The notes under the pieces were generated by a model. That model had not been told where the DNA came from. It saw only the letters and a program-made list of their open reading frames with translations, and searched no databases. A stretch of 29,421 bases of DNA from Saprolegnia diclina VS20 (taxonomy: Eukaryota). A program made the translations under genes and the position numbers. The stretch is taken from NCBI RefSeq assembly GCF_000281045.1, contig NW_008246097.1:234530-263950 (forward strand), given 5' to 3'. Below, one piece after another: positions 22,988-29,421 of the stretch; the first letter of the stretch is position 1; each line of letters opens with the position of its first letter.

Positions 22988-23703
22988 ACTGCGTTGAATA
23001 TAGACTTAAGTTTGGTATGTCGCCACAAGTGCGATGACAACCTCTTTAGAGACTAGTACTGCTCAGTGCGCTCTGGCGACGACCAGAGATGACGAGAAAC
23101 GTGGGTCAGTTCTGGTTGCCCTCGGAGATGCTTACGGCTAGCAGACGACCCGGCATACGATACCCAAGTGTATGACGTGGCCATTTCGTGGCCGTTCTGA
23201 CGCCACGCGACCAGATGGTACGACAGGATGGCGGCCACCGCTCACCCAACAGGGCGACACGCACGGCAAGATCGATCCACACACACATGAAGACGCGAAG
23301 ACAAGCCTTTCGGACGACCTACAAGCCGCCGCGCGCTCTTGCTTGGGCAGTACCGCGAGCACGTCCGAGTTCTCTGTCGGTCATTCTCCGTCTCATCTCA
23401 AACATGTCGGTCTGCGGACGGGCTTTGGCGAGTCGGCCTTCCCGATGACCTTGGCGTCCTATCGCTAGATCTCGGAGCACAATGCACCTCATTCAACTAT
23501 CGTGAGAGTGTTCCTATTGCTTCGACTTGGTCCGCGCCTGGCTGCACCAGAGCTCCCACGTCTCTGCGCAAGCCTTATTCACTTCGCTTGCACCGACGTC
23601 CAGGATCACCTACTGAGTGCGCTACCTATCAAGGCGCGAGTCAACCCTGCCCTGCAACTGGATCAACAAATCGTACACGTTGTATTCTCCCTGCATTCAA
23701 CGT

Positions 23704-24366
23704 TCATTCGATGGCGGGAACCACAAAGCTGCTGCGGGGCGAGCATTCGTCGTCCGAGGACGCGATCGTCGGCGCTACAGATGGTCGCTCGGCCAAGCTG
23801 CGCAGCGTCGGTCGCCGGCGCTTGTACACGCATGTGTGGGCGTCGACGCGGATGCCCCACTGCAACTCGGGCGCGTGCGTGATCGTGTGGAGAAACTGGT
23901 TGAGCGCACGCGTCCGGTCACGGGACCCGACGCCAAAGGTCGGCTTCTCTGACAGGTCCGGGAGGCTCAAGCCGGCATGTCGCTGGCGCAACGTGGCGGC
24001 GAGACCGCGGAACGTACTATGTCGGTGCCACACGTGTAATGTACCGTGCGAGTTGGTCACGAGTTCCAGCTTGTACTCGACGATGGGCCGTCCATCGTGC
24101 GGCGTCGTGCGGCACTCGACGACCATCGCGCTCAGCAGCGACGCATCGCTCATCGGCTGCCCTAGCTCCAAGCGAAGCTCGGCAATGACGACGTTGAGGC
24201 GGTCGGCTTCCCACACCAGCTGTGCTTGCGCCGCGTCGCGCTCGCGTTCGAGCTCGATGGCACGCGCATTAGCAGCGTCCAGCGCGGTGCGCGCCTGCGC
24301 GAGCGCGTGGCGCATCTCGTCGCGCAGCTCGTCGTCGTCCACGGCGTCTGGCCCGCTGCTACGCAT
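23704..24366 (-). CDS. Coiled-coil + PX-like protein (cluster member 4)
   Basis: Heptad-like N-terminus, then IVEYKLELVTNSHGTLHVWHRHSTFRGLA...LPDL...DRTRALNQFL...LQWGIRVDAHTCVYKRR. Confidence 0.85.
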   Translation of the reverse strand: MRSSGPDAVDDDELRDEMRHALAQARTALDAANARAIELERERDAAQAQLVWEADRLNVVIAELRLELGQPMSDASLLSAMVVECRTTPHDGRPIVEYKLELVTNSHGTLHVWHRHSTFRGLAATLRQRHAGLSLPDLSEKPTFGVGSRDRTRALNQFLHTITHAPELQWGIRVDAHTCVYKRRRPTLRSLAERPSVAPTIASSDDECSPRSSFVVPAIE

Positions 24367-24613
24367 CCGAATAATTTAATGCGCCACTGCGCCAGCTTTG
24401 CTCGATCGCTGACACAGCATCGTCTTAAAACGTGCGCAAATACGACGTATATTTAGCGATAGGCAAATAAGAACAATTTAAATTGATAATGCAACCAGTC
24501 TAAAATTTCATTTGAGTCACATTAGAGTCGGTTACACAGACTACATTGGTACAGAAAAACGGCGTGACGTAGTTTACGACAGACCACGACGCCTCCCGCG
24601 GCCACGTACCTCC

Positions 24614-25528
24614 TCACTCACTGGTAGCTGTTGCGGCCGAGCGGGCGCGACCCCGGTGCTTGTACGCGATCGTGTCGGCGCGCAGCTGCATATGCCACGC
24701 GAGCGAGTCGTCGGCGACCACGGCCGCCAAGAACCCGTTGATTTGAGCGATGCGACTGGCGATCGTGCGACTGCTGAGGTTGCCAACCAGCCGCCGCCGG
24801 GGCAGCTTGGGCAGCCCCGGGTTTTGGTGCTGGAGGCGCGCAGCAAACTTGCGCAGCGACCGGTACCGCGTCCAGACGTGAAAGCTCGGATCGTCAATCG
24901 AGGTCGTTGCCACGTACAGCTCGTATTGCACAAAGGCTTTGCCGAGCCCCGTGATGACGCGGCTTCCAAGGATCGTGCAGTGGGCGATCTCGACCGCCAT
25001 TGGTTCGAGCGACATGCGGGTCGAGGTGCTATCGACGACGTCCGAGGACTCGATATGGTCGGTCTCAGTTGTTGACGCGTCATCATCATCCTGGTTGTTG
25101 TTGTCGGCGTCATCGGGGTCGCCGTCACGCAGCACTGGGCACCGGAACGGGAGGTGCTTGTGCAAGCAGAGATCAGGCGACACGCGGAGGCTCCACTCGA
25201 CGCGCTGGCTGATGACGGCGGCGTGGAGGAAGGCATTGAGGCGCTGGATCGTGTCGTTGAGCTCGAGGTAAAAGCACTTGGTTGCGAGCGGCGGCAGCTC
25301 GGCGTCGCGCATGCGCAGCGTCAGCGAGAGGTCGTAGAGCGTGTAGTAGTCGAGCCATGCGAGGAGGTCGCCATGGTGTTTCGTACGGAAGCGCAGGTGG
25401 AACTCGACGACCTGGGCGCCGTAGCGATCGTGCACTTGGCTGTCGACGACGACGGCATCGAGAATGGACCGCTGGCCGCGGCGGTAGAGCACCTGTCGGA
25501 GCGCTGCAAAGCTCGGTCGGTCGTCCAT
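24614..25528 (-). CDS. Protein with two tandem PX-like domains and an acidic linker (cluster member 5)
   Basis: ATG 25528 (MDDRPSF). Domain 1: VVEFHLRFRTKHHGDLLAWLDYYTL...LPPL...RLNAFL...VEWSLRV. Domain 2: FVQYELYVAT...VWTRYRSLRKFA...LPKLPRR...SRIAQINGFL...LAWHMQL. Confidence 0.85.
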   Translation of the reverse strand: MDDRPSFAALRQVLYRRGQRSILDAVVVDSQVHDRYGAQVVEFHLRFRTKHHGDLLAWLDYYTLYDLSLTLRMRDAELPPLATKCFYLELNDTIQRLNAFLHAAVISQRVEWSLRVSPDLCLHKHLPFRCPVLRDGDPDDADNNNQDDDDASTTETDHIESSDVVDSTSTRMSLEPMAVEIAHCTILGSRVITGLGKAFVQYELYVATTSIDDPSFHVWTRYRSLRKFAARLQHQNPGLPKLPRRRLVGNLSSRTIASRIAQINGFLAAVVADDSLAWHMQLRADTIAYKHRGRARSAATATSE

Positions 25529-25555
25529 TCTTCTTGCCTTTTCGTAAATTTTGTG

Positions 25556-25567
25556 TTTGTGAAATGG
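25556..25567 (-). promoter_or_regulatory. Oomycete Inr/FPR-like element upstream of cluster member 5
   Basis: Minus strand CCATTTCACAAA matches YCATTYYNCAW, 28-39 nt upstream of ATG 25528. Confidence 0.5.
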
Positions 25568-25971
25568 GAGAAACGCCGACGATAATGCTTTTACGCGCTG
25601 TGGAGAAGCCGTGTAGGATTTCGACTGCTGTGAACGGTCCTGCAAAATGTTGGCTAGTGGTGCACACATACGGACCATTTGACTCTACTAGTACATAGTA
25701 AAGCCTAATAGCCTTCATGTGCTGTATCCAAGGAGTGTCTGCTTGGTGTGCTCGTACATCATAATTGGGGTGCCGGACATGGTTAGGGTTACGCTCTTCA
25801 CTGTGTCCTCAACGGGTTGGCGATTGTGCTTGTACTATCTGGCATGTCATGCCCACCCGCACTTTCTAGTAGGCTGGATGTTGAACTATACCATTGAAGA
25901 TGAAAATGGACAAGTAGTCTGCGATGTGATGACACAATAGTGTTTGATTATTATATGGCTAGCACCACGAC

Positions 25972-26844
25972 TTAGAAACGAAGAGGCAAGACGACGCAGT
26001 GCAGCGCGAGCGGACGCTTGACGACGCGCGTCGTCTCGTCAATGTCAATCGCCCAGCGCAAGGTACTGGACGTGAGCAGCGCGGAAAGGAAGGCGCCCCA
26101 CGCACCTTCGCGGGCGGCCAAAAGCGACGGGCGCAAGCTGCGGAGAAGCGTGCGCGGTGGCATGGGCGGCAGCTGCTTCCACTCCCACGGCTGAGCGCGC
26201 TTGAGCAAGAGGCCGAACGCCCGCAGGTCCTTGTGGCGGTGCCACACGCGCACGAGCATGCCTTCCGATGTCGCGATCTCCAGGCCATACTCTGCGAACG
26301 CCGCTTGCACGACACGACTGCCCACGACGGTGATGGCCAGCGGCACGAGCTCGTCCCGGGCATCCAAAGATGGGTACCCGCGCACCGTTGACGTAGCATC
26401 CAGCGTCCCGACAGGCGACTCGAGGATCGCGTGCGAGGCGGCGCGCGACGTGCGCATCGGCACGAGCGTGACGTCGGCGCGTTGCTTGGAGAAGAGACTG
26501 CCGTCGTCAAAGCCAAACGACCACGCAGTCGTGACATCCGCCAGCGCGGCGGTGAGGAAGCTGTTCATGGCCACGATAGCTCTGTCCGGGGACCCGCCGA
26601 CAATGTGGCGCGGGAGGTCGGGCGACGAGGCACTACGCAGCGACGCAGCAAGCGCGCGCAGTGTGTCGTAGTCGAGCCACGCGCGGATAACGTCACCGTC
26701 GACCGCTATCATTTCAAGTTCGTACTTCAAGCCGTAGCCGCCTCGGGACGCGTGCACCGTACACGCCGTGACGTGCGCGGAGCGGAGCGAGACCTCGTTC
26801 TCCAAGCTTGGACGGCAGCCCATGCTCCAGCAGCGGTCCTTCAT
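25972..26844 (-). CDS. Protein with two tandem PX-like domains (cluster member 6)
   Basis: Likely ATG 26844 (MKDRCWSM). Domain 1: LKYELEMIAVDGDVIRAWLDYDTL...MNSFL...AWSFGFDD. Domain 2: AEYGLEIATSEGMLVRVWHRHKDL...LPPMPPR...AREGAWGAFL...LRWAIDIDETTRVVKR. Confidence 0.8.
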   Translation of the reverse strand: MKDRCWSMGCRPSLENEVSLRSAHVTACTVHASRGGYGLKYELEMIAVDGDVIRAWLDYDTLRALAASLRSASSPDLPRHIVGGSPDRAIVAMNSFLTAALADVTTAWSFGFDDGSLFSKQRADVTLVPMRTSRAASHAILESPVGTLDATSTVRGYPSLDARDELVPLAITVVGSRVVQAAFAEYGLEIATSEGMLVRVWHRHKDLRAFGLLLKRAQPWEWKQLPPMPPRTLLRSLRPSLLAAREGAWGAFLSALLTSSTLRWAIDIDETTRVVKRPLALHCVVLPLRF

Positions 26845-26984
26845 TCTTCTAATGATGCACTGCGAGTCTCTCGGACGATAACGACAGCACTTTACACCAT
26901 AGCTTTTACGCTCCACTGGCCTTTCCCAGTTGGCATCGTGGGCCATTTCTGCCATTCCCATCGTCCGCCACCACGCACAGTACG

Positions 26985-27725
26985 ATGGAGCCAGCAACAC
27001 TGGCCGACACGAGCTCCGTCGTCTCGAGAACGCACAAGGCCTTGGCCGCGCGACTCGCAGACGCCGAGACGGCGGCCATCGAAGCGCGCAAGGCGACCGA
27101 GGTCGCGATCGAACGCAACGGTCACCTCTGCGCCGAGAACGCGCTGCTGCGCACCCAGATGGCTGCGCTGGTCGCCGCGCGTGCAGAGAACGAGATGGTT
27201 TGTGCGAACGACCGCTTGAAGCAGCACGTGCTGTGGCTCGAGAGCGAGTTGGCGCGTGCCACGGCCATCTCGCTTGTGACGGCCAAAGTCGTCGCGAGCC
27301 GCGTCGCCGTGCGCGACGGTCGCCAGTACATTGAGTACAAGCTGCAGATAGAGACCGACCGCCGCGGGACGCTGTACGTGTGGCACCGCTACTCGACCTT
27401 TCGCAGTCTCTCGGCGTCGCTGCACGCCAAGCACCCAGTGGTGCCCGACCTCCCCAACACGCAGCTGTTTGGGCACAGCACGGCGATCGCGATCGAGGAC
27501 CGCACCGCGCGCCTCAACCACTTTTTGGACGTTGCCTGCAGCGTGCAGGACGTTCCGTGGGCCATCCGCGTCGACAAGGACACGGTGGTGTACAAGCGTA
27601 CCCAGAGTCCACAGGTCGGTGCGCGCACAGAGGACGAGCTGCGTGCGACGTCGTCTTTGTCGTCTCTGTCGAGTCGTCAGCCGCTCGCGAGCCACTTGCT
27701 CTCGAACACCACCAAGTCGAAATAG
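26985..27725 (+). CDS. Coiled-coil + PX-like protein (cluster member 7), head-to-head with member 6
   Basis: Coiled coil AENALLRTQMAAL...LESEL, then YIEYKLQIETDRRGTLYVWHRYSTFRSLS...VPDLP...IEDRTARLNHFL...VPWAIRVDKDTVVYKR. Confidence 0.88.
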   Translation: MEPATLADTSSVVSRTHKALAARLADAETAAIEARKATEVAIERNGHLCAENALLRTQMAALVAARAENEMVCANDRLKQHVLWLESELARATAISLVTAKVVASRVAVRDGRQYIEYKLQIETDRRGTLYVWHRYSTFRSLSASLHAKHPVVPDLPNTQLFGHSTAIAIEDRTARLNHFLDVACSVQDVPWAIRVDKDTVVYKRTQSPQVGARTEDELRATSSLSSLSSRQPLASHLLSNTTKSK

Positions 27726-27940
27726 CACCAACGACTACTCTAACTACCCAATGCACCTGTGAGGTGAAAGTGGAATCGGATACTTTTGGACAGTTTGGGA
27801 TAGTTTGTGGATAGTAAATCGAGATCCAATGACCAATGCGTGCCTGCGAGTGCCACCAAGAGACGATTGGGAATCCAAACGCGCTCCACTTGAATCGACA
27901 GACGTGGGTACGATCCCCAGCTTGCATACATTAGTTGACG

Positions 27941-29421
27941 TTATGTCGAGTAGAGCTCGATCTTGAAGAAGACGAGCGAGATGAGAAAGCCGATGGCCGA
28001 GAGGACGCCGCCGACGAGGATCGGGAGCGCGTAGCCCATCGAGGACGTGACGAGGATCGACGAAAAGATAAAGTTGAGAAACTGGCCGGCGCAGTACGCC
28101 GAGTTGAGCGCGCCGGCAAAGAGCCCGAGGCCCGAGTTTTCTTCGTGGCCAATGACGTGGATGATCGTGGCCATGAAGAGCGAGAGGAGCGTGTTCTGCG
28201 TGAACGCGCACGCGATGACGATGATCATGTCGATGGCAACGACCTTGCAGTAGGCCATGGCGATGAGGAAGATCTGCGGGACGATCGAGGCCGTGATGAC
28301 CTTCTTGACGCCAAACTTGCGCACGAGGTACGGGAGGACGGCCAGATAGAGGAGCGAGACGCAGTTGTAGATCGTGTCGGTGACGCCGCCCGCGAGCTGG
28401 ACGCCGTCGTTGTAGGCGATCTGCTGGACCGAGCACGCGGGGTTGCCGTCGTGGCCGCACTTGTCGGCGTTGTCGGACGAGCCGTTCTTGACGACGAGAC
28501 CAAAGAACTGGCCCTTCGCACCCATGTAGGCCGTAAAGCCATACTGCACAAAGACGATGATGACGCAGTAGATGGCGAGCGTCTTGGGAAGGAGACGGAT
28601 GCCAGTCCAGACAGCCGCGAACGCGTTCTTGATCTCTTGGGCCTTGGAGACACTCGTCGTTTGCGCGACAAACACCTTTTCCTTGACAAAGTAGAGCACG
28701 GCGCCGGCCGTGATGAGCATGACTGCGATCAGAAGACACATGAAGGGCTTGACGCTCTCGTGCGCAGGCCCAAACGCCATGATGTAGCCCGAGACAACGA
28801 ACGACCCGGCGATCGAGTAGGCGTTGCCGAGCGACGAGGCCGTGACTTGGCGCTCGCCGGCAAAGTCGGCGATGAGGAGGTTGAGCGGCGTTTGCGTCAA
28901 ATTGAGCGTAATGTCCATCCAAATGTACGTGAGGATGATAAAGACGGTCGTCCACTTGCGCGAGACTTGGTCTTGAGGCAGCGTGTCGAGGAGCTTGGCG
29001 GGCGTGTCGCCGAGCGCCTCGCCAATGTCGGTGCAGAACATCATGACGAGCCAGCAGAGGCAGCTCATGAGCGCACCCCAAAAGAGGAACGGGCGGCGGC
29101 GACCAAACTTGGACGTGCAGTTGTCGCTGAGGACACCGATGGACGGCGCGATGAGGAGACCGGAGATCGGACCCACGAGCTGGACGATCTGCACCCACGA
29201 CGACGGAATGAGGATCTGGAGGAGCGGGCCGAGCGCCGCCCACTGCGCCGCCCACGCGACGTTGAGCGCCATCTTGGGGCAGCAGAGGAGGAAGAGGAAC
29301 GCCGTCGAGCAGCTCTCGATAGTCGACGACGCCTTGGGCACGTCGGCAGCGTCGTCATTGGCCTTGGGCGTTGCAACGACCGCCGTGTAGTCGGTCGTCG
29401 GCTTTTGGTCTTCCAAGCTGC
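27941..29421 (-). CDS. MFS glycoside-pentoside-hexuronide (SLC45/sucrose-transporter-like) transporter, 5' end outside the window
   Basis: Motifs WAAQWAALGPLL, GPISGLLIAPSIGVLSDNCTSKFGRRRPF and GLFAGALNSAYCAGQ, with about 12 hydrophobic segments. No ATG inside the window. Confidence 0.9.
   Translation of the reverse strand, partial: SLEDQKPTTDYTAVVATPKANDDAADVPKASSTIESCSTAFLFLLCCPKMALNVAWAAQWAALGPLLQILIPSSWVQIVQLVGPISGLLIAPSIGVLSDNCTSKFGRRRPFLFWGALMSCLCWLVMMFCTDIGEALGDTPAKLLDTLPQDQVSRKWTTVFIILTYIWMDITLNLTQTPLNLLIADFAGERQVTASSLGNAYSIAGSFVVSGYIMAFGPAHESVKPFMCLLIAVMLITAGAVLYFVKEKVFVAQTTSVSKAQEIKNAFAAVWTGIRLLPKTLAIYCVIIVFVQYGFTAYMGAKGQFFGLVVKNGSSDNADKCGHDGNPACSVQQIAYNDGVQLAGGVTDTIYNCVSLLYLAVLPYLVRKFGVKKVITASIVPQIFLIAMAYCKVVAIDMIIVIACAFTQNTLLSLFMATIIHVIGHEENSGLGLFAGALNSAYCAGQFLNFIFSSILVTSSMGYALPILVGGVLSAIGFLISLVFFKIELYST

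Noticed and set aside
23050..23700. Leu-rich fragments (LPDDLGVLSLDLG; LAAPELPRLCASL) suggestive of a decayed LRR/F-box-type gene
   Set aside because: Fragmented across frames and too weak to assign by eye.
16390..27725. Calling the cluster genes sorting nexins, myosins or RxLR/CRN effectors
   Set aside because: No BAR domain, motor domain, signal peptide or LFLAK motif is visible.

Overview
Gene-dense, GC-rich eukaryotic DNA with very short (about 40-56 nt) GT-AG introns. Gene content and Inr-like promoter elements point to an oomycete, probably Saprolegniales; this is an inference. The left half (0.6-16.2 kb) holds: an acidic/zinc-ribbon/RGG/CCCH protein, a frameshifted restriction-endonuclease-fold pseudogene, an atypical SDR, a RING-less SNF2 ATPase, a Cys/His-repeat ('WRKY19-like') protein, a His-rich ZIP transporter, and a tandem two-repeat cyclic-nucleotide-binding K+ channel. 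The right half (16.4-27.7 kb) is the most unusual part. It is a cluster of seven divergent paralogues with 11 PX-like domains, each followed by a shared W-x-[ILVM]-R-x-D...K tail. The domains fall into RY, RH and DY/TE pocket classes. The cluster also contains a probable decayed extra copy, a ~101-nt inverted duplication across the 5' end of one member, a positionally conserved upstream 10-mer, and an embedded oomycete-type bZIP gene. A GPH/SLC45-like sugar transporter runs off the right edge. Gene models and domain calls were made by eye from motifs; no searches were run.
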